A DNA stretch of 64,000 nucleotides, taken from assembly GCA_012295275.1 (NCBI GenBank), contig CM022671.1, forward strand, positions 7,440,001 to 7,504,000, in the 5' to 3' direction. Made by a program: the position numbers and the translations under genes. Below are positions 1 through 13,697 of the stretch, piece by piece (within the stretch, counting starts at the first letter, position 1; each line of letters starts with the position of its first letter). Under the pieces are notes generated by a model that saw only the letters and a list, made by a program, of their open reading frames with translations, searched no databases and had not been told where the DNA came from. The DNA comes from Chrysomallon squamiferum (lineage: Eukaryota; Animalia; Mollusca).

Positions 1-906
1 AAATCAAAGAATATAAAATCTACTTTGCACAATATATTTTTCTGTGTAACTTTATCTGGTTGTTTAAATAATGCATGCTTCAATCAGCATTATTAGATAG
101 AAAAATGTAGCCAGTCTTTTATGTTAGGACATTTCATCAATTATGTATGACATTAGCCTCATAATGTCACAAGTTGGCAAAGTATTTGAATATTTATTGT
201 CATTGAATTTGGTGTCTGTTAATCCTAAAATACACACAAGGTTGCAGTTTTTGTATTTTTAGAAAGACATAACAACTTACAACATTACACAAACTATACA
301 TTTTAGCAAATAAAAAAATATTATTTTAAGGATATATTCTTATATATTATATTATTAACAGAAATAAATCTATTTTTACAATAGTCCTATTTTACTGTGA
401 TGATATAATAAATAATAAAAATATAATAATAATAAAAATAATAATGACAATAATAACTAATGATAACAAAAATAAAATAAAATACAAAGTAAATTCTATA
501 TGTGTCAAATGAGATTTTAAATTAAAAATTATGATATGACTGTATTTAACAACAATAAAAGATGTTTGGATTTCAAAAATTGATTCCAAATGATATAAAA
601 CAACAATTATGTTAATAATAATAGTAATTGTTTATTATTTTAATTAATTTATTTATTATTGTTGTTGTTGTTGTTACTGTACTGTTATTGTTACTGTTAT
701 TTATTAATTTATTATAATAATTATTAGCATTTCAACATACCCTGTCAATGCCCTTTCCAAATGCAACTGTTATTGTATAACATTTTTTTTTTTTTTTTTT
801 ATAATATCAGAACAAATATTAAGATACATATTATTCCATTTTTAATATATAATAAAAAAAAACCTTGATATCTATGTAGGTGCACATCGTTGTCAAAATA
901 ATGTAC

Positions 907-1440
907 CTGTGCTTTTTTCAAGTCGTCAATGTTTTGTCTAATGTAGCCTTCTGTAGCTTGGTTCAATACCTCTCTGTTATTACCCTCGCCATGAGCAACT
1001 AGAAGCAAAACATAGAAACAATATTTAACAATATTAATATGAGGATTTAACAACATGAATACAATGATGATATAACAATATTAATTTAAAAATTATAGTG
1101 TATGAATATAATGAACATTCAACAGTATAAACAAGGATTTAACAATATATATGAAAATGTAACTATATGAATATAATGATGATTTAATTATGTAAATACA
1201 AGGATTTTGTAACAATAACATTTGATAATTTAAAAAAACAGTGTTTAAAAATAAAAATATAGGATAATCAAAAGAAATATAACCAGGATCATACTATAAT
1301 CTAATAATGAAAAAGCAATACAAATATATTATTTAACAGTATTGAAATAATGATATGTATCAGTTAAAAATGAAGAAGATCTAACAATATAAAAATAAAT
1401 AAAATTTTAACAGTACAAAGTCAGTTTAACAACAGTCTAA

Positions 1441-1487
<47 letters not shown>

Positions 1488-2722
1488 TATGAAATATCAA
1501 TATTTTGTAATTAGGACTTTTTTAAAGGTGCATAACTCTTGTAAAATAAAACTTATAAATACTGACAGTGTAAAAATGAGTCTGCTATGACTCTAATGTT
1601 TAAATTTTAATTATTTATTTATTTTACTGTTTCTTTAATTCTTTTATTTTATTATTATTATTTTTCATTTTCATTTATTTTAAAAGATGTGAAAGAAGGA
1701 CAGAATTTCTTGTGCCATTCTTTAGTATTAGCAAAGACCGATGACTATTACCAAATAAAACATATATGCATGTATCCGTATTATTGTTATAAAGTTCTAC
1801 TTGTCTGATTTGAAGTGTATGTGTGTGTGTAATGTATTTAGATTATTTTATCATACCAGAAAAACACTTTACTTACGATAACAACAGATGTCACCAGTGT
1901 AAATATTTATATTAAATAATAGATGCAAATGTTGACGTTTTAGTACACTTGGTGACAGTAAGATATTTCTGTATTTCTGTTTTCTCTGATGTTTTATAGA
2001 TTTTAGTGTTACTGAACTGTGTAAGTCATAAATGCTAAACTATTTGTATAATTTTAAATATTTCATAAACACTTAAATGTTATTAGGTGCTCTGTAATAT
2101 ATTAAGAACTTTTTTTTTTAGAATTTAGTTTTTTGTGTTTTGTAAATATTTTATTTTACCCAGAAATAATAAGAATTTTCTTTTATTTTCATTCTGTGCC
2201 CCATCTTAATTAATAAAGAAATATAACAATAACAGAGTAGTTTATAAACAGCTGGCATTGCCATATTTCTGTCATATGAAGTCATTGCATGTAGGATGGA
2301 CTGATTTGCTTTAAAATTTCTTCTATTATCGTCCCCCCCAAAATACAGTTTTTGTTTATCTCGTACATAATGACATAATGATTAAATTTTGAAAGGTAAA
2401 TGGCTGCATTCAAACCTTTGTAGCAGGATTATTTTTATTATCATCATTTGTTATGAGCATTAATAAGTCACTCAAAACAACAAAATAACAACTTGGAAGT
2501 ATAAAGAATTTTGTTAGACTTGTACACTACAGACACACTTTAAAAAAAGAGTTTTACTTTTATCCATGCTTATTCTCATTTTCCTGATGAAGTCAAACAT
2601 CAGTGATTCGGTTTGGTCGGCTGGTGTCTGCTGTCTGGAGGGGGGCAGGAATTCCTGAATCACAGGCATACTGGACACGTGAGAAACAGGGGATGGGGGT
2701 GGGGGTAGCAGCACACGACTAG

Positions 2723-2757
<35 letters not shown>

Positions 2758-2972
2758 GTAGTTATTTGTTATTAAATACAGAATGACTGAAAAATGATAC
2801 ATACATATATACATATATAACCATACCTACATATGTACCTAAGTTTACAAATTTTAGAAAAAAAAGAGAAGAAATTTCACAGTAAACTCAACTTTAGTTT
2901 AAATTATGGAAGAAGGTTGAGAATGAAAAAAGGAAATACATTGGATATCAACTATCTTCTTTAAAAACCTCC

Positions 2973-3020
<48 letters not shown>

Positions 3021-6000
3021 AATAAATAAATAAACCTTGTCCCTGAAAATTATAAAAATAAGACAGTATTTTAATATATGCTTATATTATAAATTAGTTT
3101 AAATTATTGTGTAAAAATTTTAAGTTTTTGTTAATACTAAGTTTTCTTACCTCATATATGAAGCAACACTGTAAGCTGATGGTGCTGGGGATTTCTGTAA
3201 AATATAAGTAAACAAATGACCTAGGATCTTGTACTGGTGGGATTTGTTAATCCCCAAAACCAAATTTACAAGTCCCTAATATTCAAAGTGTGTATGTGTT
3301 TGTGTGTGTGTGTGTGTGTGTTTTATGTACGTGCTTCTGTATGTGTGTAAATACACATAATGTGCATAGATGTTTAGATTGAGAAGTATATATTTGTGAG
3401 TGTGTATTTATGTGCTTATGTATATGAGCTGACATGTATCTTCAGTTTTGTGTGTTTGTGCATGGGCTTGTCTATGTATGTGCCTGTGCACTCATGTACC
3501 TGTAGACATATTAAAGTGTTATAAAGAGACTTACTGGTTTCTGTCTCTTCAGTGTTTCTACTTCTAAACGCAATCTCTCCAGTTCTTCTTGAGCTTTTCT
3601 CTCCCCTTCCAGCCTACGTCTTCTCTCCTGAAACATTATAAACATTATACAGCATTAAGTAATCACACGTGATTATTACAAATAAAACACTTTCTCCTTA
3701 TGATTTAATCTATATGTTTCCCATTATCGAAATATTCTTAATTATCTTTTGCTTTCTCATAGTATATTTCAGTAAATAAATAAATTTTCTGAAATTAATT
3801 TTTATTATAATGATAGTGAATGTGTATGTCCCTGGGACAGTTCTGATATGGTATAAGTGCTGTGATATCTAAATAAACATATTTCCCAGGAGCTGAAACA
3901 ACATTTATAAGGGGCAACATTAAAAGCAGCATTCTCATAAAGAATAATTTGTTATGTATATTTGAACTGTTGGGTAAAGACCCAAGATGGTTTTACAATT
4001 CAGGTTTATAACCCTAAAGTTCAATTACTTTATTTAGGAGCAAAATTGAAAGCATATTATTGTAACTTATTTAATTATAAGGTAAAAATTTCATTGATTT
4101 GTTGGGTGAATTCAGATTCATTTTTGATAAATACATTTTTGTAAATTATTTTTTTAAGTTTACCTCATGAAGTTGGTCTTCAAGCTGTATTCTCTCTTGT
4201 TCAAGTCTTGCTCTCTCTCCAGCTACTACCTGCATATACTCATCTTCTTCTTCCCTGAAACAGTAATTACATATATATAAATAAAAACTGTTTGTCTGTA
4301 TGTGTAGTCTATGTATGTTGTCTATATACACATGTATAATATATACAGGTACAAAAAAATGACACTCACCCACCCATACACACACACATACATATAGTAA
4401 AAAGTCACTCATTGTAAACAAACAACAATTATTGGCACCATTTTATAAATTATGAATAATTTCACAATAAAATGCTTTCTTCATAATAAGGGTGACCCTA
4501 ATTTACCAGAACTTACTGATCTAAACCAGTGGTTCTCAAAGTGAGTGATAAGAACCACTATGGACATTACTAAAGGGACAACAAAGGTAAATTACTCATC
4601 TTTCTTTCACTCTATGTGTACAATAAATCAAAGTTCTTTACAGTCCTATGGAACAGATGGACAGTTTTAGGTGTTGGAGAAAAGACAGGAAGCCATGGGG
4701 CTTGTGATCCCAGGAAATCTGGTAACTAGTGATCTACACTTAATTATGAATTCGCACAAAGAGATATATTGATTCTTCTAGTTTTGTTTATTTATTTCAT
4801 GAAATGTTTATGTGTATATGTATATACCAAATCATCATTTATTTCAAGAGATTGTTATTAAAAAAATCATCCCATCATTATTTATAAAAGAAATTTTAAC
4901 CATGTAGTACAAATATTATTTTGATCATTATCAAAATTTAATCATTTAAAAGAATATCAATAAATAAAATTATATAATCAAAATCGCACATTAACAAAAA
5001 CTTACCTTCTCTCTTTTTCATCAAGTTCTCTCTTTGCTTGCTCTGCTTCTCTCTGCTGCTGTAGAAGTCTGAAACAAAAATAAACACTTCATAATACACA
5101 TCCATAATCATCCTGTTAAACACATTCACTGATGGATGTGGGTCATCAGTGTTATAATCATACATATATATTACAAAGAAACTTTAAAAATTCCTTTGAA
5201 CATTTAAAATATAGTTAGTGTATTTTTTCACAGCATCACAGAAAAACATTTACAACAGACAAATAAACAATCATTCTGAATTTATATTTAGAGTATATAA
5301 GATGTGAATAAAATATATTAAAAGTATATAAAATATACATAAAATTTATTAAATGTCTATAAAATATAATAAAATATATTAAACACAGATAAAATATATT
5401 AAACATACACAAAAATGATTATAAATGTATATAAAATATAATAAAATATATTAAATATACATAAAATATATATAAAAAATATTAAATGTATATAAAATAT
5501 ACATAAAGTATATTAAATACATATAAAATATGTTAAATGTGTATAAAATATATTCAGTATATATAAAATATGTGTATGTATCAGTTTTAGACAAATGTTA
5601 ACCTGACCTTTCTCTCTCAGCCTCTCTTTCCTCCCTGGCTTTCCGTCTGTCCTGGGGTTTTGTGTACGGGGGAATGAGGTCATTGTGCCAGTGTCGCCAT
5701 GGGGGGTGTTCAGCTGAGAATATTAATCAAAACAAAATCTTCAGTGTTAATATGTGATGCACAGTTGTTTATACAGAGATAGTGACAGACTCAAAAATAA
5801 GACACTGACATACACACACTTACATACAACATACAACATACACAGTCATATACACATACAGATACATGTGTACAGACACACACACACACACACACACACA
5901 CGCATTTATGCACATCACACCCTATACATACCACATTTGGACTGTATTTTAGTTTCAAAATTATCAAGGATGTCATAAGTTGAACACATGTTTTTGAGAT

Positions 6001-6132
6001 GATGCTGAAATTACCTTTAGTAGGATCCAACACTGGCATTGCAGCTTTCTGGTCTTGTGAAAGCAAACCATACAGATCACGGTAATGGTGTCTTTTTATC
6101 TGTTAAAACAATATACACAAACAACTTATCAA

Positions 6133-6164
<32 letters not shown>

Positions 6165-7867
6165 GAGAGAGAAATGGAAAATATGCAGATATATAAACAA
6201 CATAAAAGGCATATATTTACATGTCACAAAACATACATGAATTAATAAGTAACTTGATGAAACAAATATAAAAATCATATGTAACAAAGATGAGTTTATG
6301 TGACACACTCTCTCACACACACACACAAATAGAAGAGAAACATGCATTAGATTAAAATATTCATAAGGAAGAAATAATATTCAGGAATCGTTTTTCTTTA
6401 TTATAATAATAATAATAAGAAGAAGAAGAATTATGAAGATAATGATGATAAAACAGATAATGATAAAAGACAATAATTATAATGATAATGATGATGATCA
6501 GTATGATGATAATAACTATCAGCAACAACAACATCAAAATGAGAGAAAAAACTCAATTAAGAAAAAAACAAAAGTAATAAAAAATAATTTTAAAAAATCA
6601 TCAATAAAACAATTTAAAATATACTAGACACACTGATAACATACTGACCTCGTACTGAAACTGTGATGTAGATAACCTTGGACATTCTTTTGTCAAAACA
6701 TTTTCCAGTGCTGATGGCTATGTAATATATAAAAATATTGACACTAGTGGATATATAGTATAAAAATATTGACAATAACATCTATACTGTGTTTTAATCA
6801 GTATTATAAGAGTAAACACTATAACACACAGATATTGATCTTGTTACCATCTGGCAAAAATAAAATATCTGATAACAAGTTGCATTATGTCAAGCATAAA
6901 AATATATTAACTGAATGAACAGGTACAAATGAACTATATTTATATATATATAACACCACAGATATATCATCTGCCTATCTGTATATATGTATGCATTGTA
7001 TGTATGTATTGTATGTATGTATTGTATGTATGTATTGTATGTATGTATATGTATGTATTGTATGTATGTATTGTATGTATGTATTGTATGTATGTATTGT
7101 ATGTATGTATTGTATGTATGTTATATGTGCATGAATAATGCAGCTTTTACTTAAAGTCAGTTATAATAATTATCTTCCTATTTATTTTTTCTTCAAATCC
7201 TCCTTGATGTACAAACTTTTACAGTGTTATTCTTTTTTTTTCATGATTCTTTTTTGATTTTCTTTGATATTTCAAACTGATATGGTTAAAATATCAATAT
7301 TAACTGCAAGAAAAATGCATTGCTCACTTTCAAATTTCTTTTAATATAAAGTACTGTCTGATTTCAAATATTGTACATTATTCTGATTTTAAATATTGTT
7401 CTTAACAGAGAATATTGTTCTAATTTCAAAGACTGTTCTTATTTCAAATATTATTTCTGTTGGGGACTATTGTTCTTATTTCAAATAATTTTCTTAGTAG
7501 AGGCTATTATTCTTATTTCAACGATTGTTCTTAATGAAGAGCATGGTTGTTATTTTTACTACAAAGGCTGTTTTTAACACAGAGTATTAACAACATTCTT
7601 ACACTTTGAGCTTCCTGGAACTTGTCAGACAGAAGACCAAAAATAGTAGCTGTGACGATTGCCAGCCACTCGTTTGAAAAGCCAGCCACATCCTGCCCAA
7701 TCACATACTGATCCCACACAAACAGCAGTGTTTCTGACTTCAGATATCCTGAAATGTACCATAATAAATAAAGTTAGAGGCTTTTGATACAGAATGATGG
7801 TCAGGAGAGCCTTTGACTGAAAAGTTAATATAACTGTCCAAGTTTTCAGTGTGATGTATATCTGCAC

Positions 7868-7924
<57 letters not shown>

Positions 7925-7953
7925 TATGTACAAAAATACACAGATACATATAT

Positions 7954-7997
<44 letters not shown>

Positions 7998-10900
7998 ACA
8001 TACATATGTACATACATATATTTATATATATATATATATATAGACATACAAACATACATACATAGCTATCCATACACACTCAATCTCACACTCACATTCA
8101 CACTCACACACACACACACACACACATTTACATATACTTACATACATACATACTCTTATTTAGGTACATGATGGCTTAGAAAATAGCAAATATTTTGTAT
8201 ATGTACTTTCTTGTATAACCCATAATGTCCAGTTTAAAACCTTCGTAACAGATTATTAACAATATGTCATTTTTTCCATTATTTACATTTTAATCAAAAT
8301 GTTTGAAATTGCTAATTCACCAACAATATTTTTAATATTAGGTAATGACTCACCTACAAACATTGCTCTGATTAAAGGTCTTATAAGTCCAGTGAGTCCT
8401 TCATTCAACAATGCCTGAGTTCCTTTTTCAGTGGCCACTATCTTTTCTATAAAATGTAAATAAAAAATAAAAATATATGAAATAAATGTACATATCCATG
8501 TGAGAGTATATATATATATTTTTGTATATAGAGTAATTTTAAAGTAACAGTATTCATTTTTTAAATTAAATACAAATGTACATATATTTATTTATGTTTT
8601 TTCTAGAATGTTTTTTAATTAATAAGGCAAAAAATTAACAATATTAATAACAATTTTGAAACTCTGAGATTATCAATGATTAGAAATTATCCATGAAAAA
8701 TATAAAATAAAATAAATATAACTTAAAAAAGGAAATAGTAAAAATAAAATAAAAATAAAATAAAAATAAAATAAAATAAAAATAAAATAAAAAAGGAAAT
8801 AACAAAAATAATTTTAAAAATAACAAACAGTTAAAAACCTTTAGCTGGGACATAATTTTTGGAAATAATTCTGCTGACATCTGGGTAAAGTGTCTTCATA
8901 TGACCTCCAACTTTGTCAACAAATCCTTTCATTTCCTCATTGTGCATCTAAAATAAGTTGTAATATATCCATTATGTAGTATCTTAGCTTAAATATATCC
9001 AATATCTAATATTATAGTTAAATGCATATCTGCTATGTAATATCTTAGTCTGACAATATGTCCACTCTGCAATATCATAGTCTGAAAATATATCCACTAT
9101 GTAATATCTTAGCCTGAAAATATATCCACTAAGTAACATCTTAGTCAGATATTATATCCTCTAGGTGATAGCTTAGCCTAAACATATATCCATTAGGTGA
9201 TATCATAGCCAGAAAATATATCCACCATATAATATCTTAACTTTGTACATCTGTCTAAATCTCAGCTCTGTTCTATAGCGACAAAGTAATAATTTTAGAC
9301 TAATTATAGCATTTTAAAACATTCTAGAATACTTTTTTTTTCTTATTTGAAAACATATTTAAATTAAAAGTAAAATACCTCAGATCCAGAATCTATGACA
9401 TAACCAGGTCGAGAATCGAGGTAAACCAGGAACTCTTCAACCATCTGAGCAACTATACGACCAGGAGCTGGTTCGCGTCTGTGTTAGAAAAACATGTATA
9501 ACTTAATAATAGATTTACAACAAGAAACAGTTTTCTGATAAATGTTTAATTGTATCATAAATTAACATACATTAATATTATAATTTATAAAAAAAAATTA
9601 AAATTAAATTCTTGAGTAAGTTGGTTATATTCATTATAAAGGTAGAAAGGTGTCTGAAATCTGCGTTCATCTATAACAGAATAATGTTAGATGGAAACTC
9701 ATTGGAATTATCATTCAGTACATAGACAACCATTGCTTACCTGTTAATTATGTTATTCTATAAAACATGTTAAAGACTTTTAATGACTTTTCCTGCTTCA
9801 GTTATTCCATTGTATCTAGACCATGAGCTGGTTCCTAGACAAGGATATATATTTTTGCATAATGTGTATAATTATTATTTATAGTATTATTACTGATCAT
9901 CATTAATGTTGACACAGTAGTTGCTATCATCACCCTGATAGACTATAAAAGATATGAGGTAATCTGCACTCACCTAGAAAGGTTGGGAGCTGCAACTAAA
10001 ACAAATGGAACCACCAACATGTAGTCAATATCCCTCAGTCTGCTCTTTGTTTTCATTCTTGAATGATGATAGGACAACACAGCCTTCATACCATAGAATG
10101 CTCCTGTATAAAAGTCAAGTAGTAAATGATGTTACATACACAGACGGTCACAGATTACTGCTAAAGAACACAGTGCTCTGTTCACTGTTCTATAATGTAT
10201 GTGTGAATATATTAGAGTGTGTGTATAGAATGTATGTACAGTCAATGTTTTTGTGTGTGTGCTTATTAATATATATTATTTTACTTTCTGCTAAATATAG
10301 GCTGAGGAAAAACTCTGAAATGTTCTGAAATCCAAAACAATGATAACATACAGTTTTCCAGTGGTTTAATGAGTAATCTTAATTCCACACACAAAATGAT
10401 TAAAATAATATTACACAAAATTACCTTCAGGCCTATCTTTAAGAGCTAAATAATAAAATATAAATGGATTTTGTATTTAGATTTTGTTCCTGTTCAGAAG
10501 GATAATTCTTTATATTCCAAAATCTCAGACACTTCTGGTCCCTAGCATTTTCAGACAAGAGATCCTCAACTTCTGTGTACATCTCAAATATTTTTTTAAA
10601 GTATGGCATAATAATTATGAGATACAACTTTTTCCTGTGGTTATCATAGCCTTAAAAAAACAGACAAAGAAAGCAGCTTACCAACAGAGCCTTTGAGGTC
10701 TGAAAATGTTGATTCTGTATTAAGCAACTGTTCACACTTCTGTGAAATTTCCAAATCCAGAGGAGATATTGCACTGCGGGGGTTACCATTCAGAATGTCA
10801 ACATAGGTTTTCCGATCTAAATAACATCACAGTAAAAAACACATCAGTGATAAAAATTAATCTAGCAAGTTATAAAGTATTGACTGAACTGGTGAACATA

Positions 10901-12806
10901 AAATGAGGCATTATCCAATCCATAAATTCATGCAGATACAACATCATATTGATTAATGATGAAGTATACATATACATTGACCCATTATGAAAATCAAAAG
11001 AATGATTTTTTCAAAATAAACTTTCATATTTGCAAAAGAATGTTCCATTAGTTGTGATATTCACAAATTATTTTTAATTAATTGTTATTTATCAAGTGTC
11101 ACTTTGAATCCTCTGTTGACAAAAAAAAACAGATTCATTAGGTTATCAGTTACTCTGATGATAAAAACCATTTGGAATTTTAAGCTTTCAAATAAAATTA
11201 CATGAGGCACATTGAAAGATAAATACAAGAATTTATAAAATATATATATATATATATATAATTTTTTGAAATGAACCCCATCATTTACAATTATTATCTG
11301 TAGATGAAAATAAGAATTAAAAAAATAATAATAATAATAATGGTTTTAAAAAAAACATAAACACCAACATTTAGGATTATTGAGGTACAGTCTCCATGCA
11401 AGAGCTCTAATATTCACTGGCAGTGGCTGGTTCAAACAAATGTGAAGTTTCACTTTCATCTCTGGCCAACGTCGTAACAAACTGACAGCTCCTTCTTCGG
11501 CTCCTTCAATGATCAAATCAGATTTTGTATCCATTGGATACTCCTCCATCAACTGCCTAGCAACATCTTCATTAAGATACTGATCCATCAAGGTGGAAAC
11601 TTTGCCAAACAAAGTGCCAAAAGTACTACCTAACAAAAAAAATATATTCATGATTACAACATTTGCAAAAAATTAGTAATATAGATAATATTCTGATCTG
11701 GAAAGTGGGCAGAGTCTTCACTATTTGTTTGCCTATCATGTGAGTGTACATGCATGCACATGCATAACTATATGTTTATGGACAATAAATTATCCTTGAC
11801 CAAAAACACACACACACACACACACACACATGCACTCACACAGCAGACAAACAAAGTGATAAAGAATATATATTATAAATGTATCACACTGAAGTATGCT
11901 AGATAAACATATCCACACCTTTACAGGAATCGAATATATTAGAATGACCTCTTGTTAACACAGAGATGAACACAGGGTAAAGGTATAAATAGATTAAACT
12001 TGTATGAGAGTGTGTACGTCTATAGATAAAACTGAATTGAACAAAATAATATACTAATATTCCTATTACATATATTAACATAAATACAGGATAACACTGA
12101 AAGAAGGTTAAAAATGTGCAGTATTATTCAAATCTAACCTCCTTCAATAGCTTTTGTTGCCCTTTGCATAAAAAGCTCTTTTTCTGCTTCAGAAAGATCT
12201 GTGAAATACTGGACATGGCTTTCTGTAAGTTGTTGCTGAATAGCGTCATGCAGTTCATGCAAAAATGCATTCCATTCCTGAATACATAATTTTTATTATA
12301 CAAAGAAAATGTTAATTTGTATTGTATGTATGTATAGTTAGTAATATATAGACACACGAATAACATTATTGGAAATAAATCATATGTAATTGTGTAATTA
12401 GAATTAGAATTTTCATAAGTAAATAAAACACACACACACAACAACAACTAGTAATTACAGTAGTAACAAATAATAATAATAATAACTGAACATTTATTAT
12501 TATTATTATTATTATATTTTAAAAATTTAACTAAGTCTAGAAATATTTTGTTTATCGTACATCCACTATATCAGTATATGTATTATATATGTCACATAAT
12601 ATATTCCATGTATAACTATAAAACTATTATTCAAATATAATATTCAAAAGAACTAAATTTAAAAAAAAAAAAAAAAAAACATTACATTTCTAATGACTTT
12701 GTCGTTTGCACGTTAAATTTTAAATTCCATCGTAAATTCAAACCTTCGATTTTGTGATGTCTTCCTTACAGTTTAATAACCATTTGGGATAACTCTTCGT
12801 CGCCAT
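907..12806 (-). CDS. Uncharacterised protein with a divergent TBC (Rab-GAP-like) domain and a C-terminal E/R-rich coiled coil; at least 660 aa, 3' end probably outside the window
   Basis: 18 phase-consistent GT-AG exons: 12744-12806, 12139-12277, 11369-11629, 10682-10816, 9974-10103, 9379-9478, 8839-8947, 8354-8446, 7603-7748, 6649-6717, 6015-6099, 5608-5713, 5006-5068, 4164-4254, 3535-3627, 3151-3194, 2558-2718, 907-998 (1980 nt). Starts MATKSYPKWLLNCKEDITKSKEWNAFLHEL. Contains TBC-like motifs PLPVNIRALAWRLYL and GYLKSETLLFVWDQY. The last exon ends at a donor (CAG|GTACAT) with no stop. Confidence 0.85.
4527..4731. mobile_element. Degenerate hAT (Charlie/Buster-type) non-autonomous MITE
   Basis: Left TIR CAGTGGTTCTCAAAGT and a degenerate right TIR (rc CACTAGTTACCAGATT). 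The 8-bp TSD ATCTAAAC (4519-4526) / ATCTACAC (4732-4739) fits the NTCTANAN target preference. Confidence 0.7.
5295..5572. repeat. AT-rich degenerate tandem repeat (about 22 bp)
   Basis: Repeated TATAAAATATATTAAA variants. Confidence 0.7.
6985..7125. repeat. Compound (ATGT)n / GTATGTATGTATT satellite
   Basis: Directly visible 13-mer periodicity. Confidence 0.85.
7873..8150. repeat. Compound microsatellite (TG)n, (CA)n, (TA)n
   Basis: Directly visible; source of several spurious ORFs. Confidence 0.9.
8962..9240. repeat. Degenerate minisatellite, unit about 30-32 bp, about 9 copies
   Basis: Repeating AATATATCCACTATGTAATATCTTAGYCTGAA in a gene 1 intron. Confidence 0.8.
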
Positions 12807-12916
12807 TTGTAAACTATCGCTGATACCAAGGATATTTTGTAAGATGATCAGGCATTGGCTGAGTTGGGTTAGCCACTGAAATTAGCAAGTGCTCGGCGTT
12901 TGACTAGCTACTAAGA
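12807..12916. promoter_or_regulatory. Very short bidirectional promoter and 5'UTR region between gene 1 and B3GLCT
   Basis: The divergent ATGs are at 12806 (-) and 12917 (+). The region is locally richer in GC and CpG and has a CCAAT-box-like CATTGGCT at 12853-12860. Confidence 0.65.
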
Positions 12917-13656
12917 ATGGCGTTAAATGCGAATGCCAGTGGATTTATTGTTGTTCTGATCGGTAACATAAAATATATTTGTTGTCAAATATAACTACAT
13001 GTTGTTAACTGAACAGATTTAGTGCAGTATGGAAGGAAATGAAATTTCGTAATGTTTAACTAGCCTAAATTATGGTGTTTTACAAAATACTGGTTTTTCA
13101 AGTTTCTCAATGTGTCGTCTGCTTGTAACAACAATGTGCGAAAGATTATTAATTTTAAGATTTAATCTGTTTATCAAGATTCCAGATTTAATCATTATTA
13201 TATAAACAGATCTTACATTCAAATACTGTTTAGAAATGTCTTTAAAAAAAAATGTAAACATCTAGACAGGTACACGTAAGTATATAACGTGACATAAGAT
13301 ACATCATTATTTACATTTGACAAAATAAACATTATTTATCCATTACGATCAATTCAGCAGTTTTATATAATAGTATATGTATGTGAGCTGTAGTATTAAC
13401 ATTTATAAATAAATAAAACAGTTTTCAAGATGAATGAATGAAATTGCTATCTCAAGATAATATATTTTTATTTTAAATAATAGCTGTTTTTGGTGCTAGA
13501 AAGAAAGTTCAACAGAATAATTAAAATTGTACATTTCTGACATTTTTGTGTATAATATAAAAAGAAACTTAAAAATATTTGTAATTTTTACTGTTTAATT
13601 CATCAACAAAAGGTATTAAATTAATATTAATTGTTTTTTTAATGATACCAGGTATT

Positions 13657-13697
<41 letters not shown>

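Noticed and set aside
5127-5151. 8-bp hairpin CACTGATG/CATCAGTG
   Set aside because: Short enough to be expected by chance in 64 kb, with no supporting context.
7625-8171. Several 77-144 aa ORFs rich in THTH, CVCV and YIYI
   Set aside because: They are translations of (TG)/(CA)/(TA) microsatellites. The only real exon here is 7603-7748.
8962-9240. Regular ~32-bp repeats resembling a CRISPR array
   Set aside because: Eukaryotic intron with head-to-tail degenerate units, no unique spacers and no cas genes.
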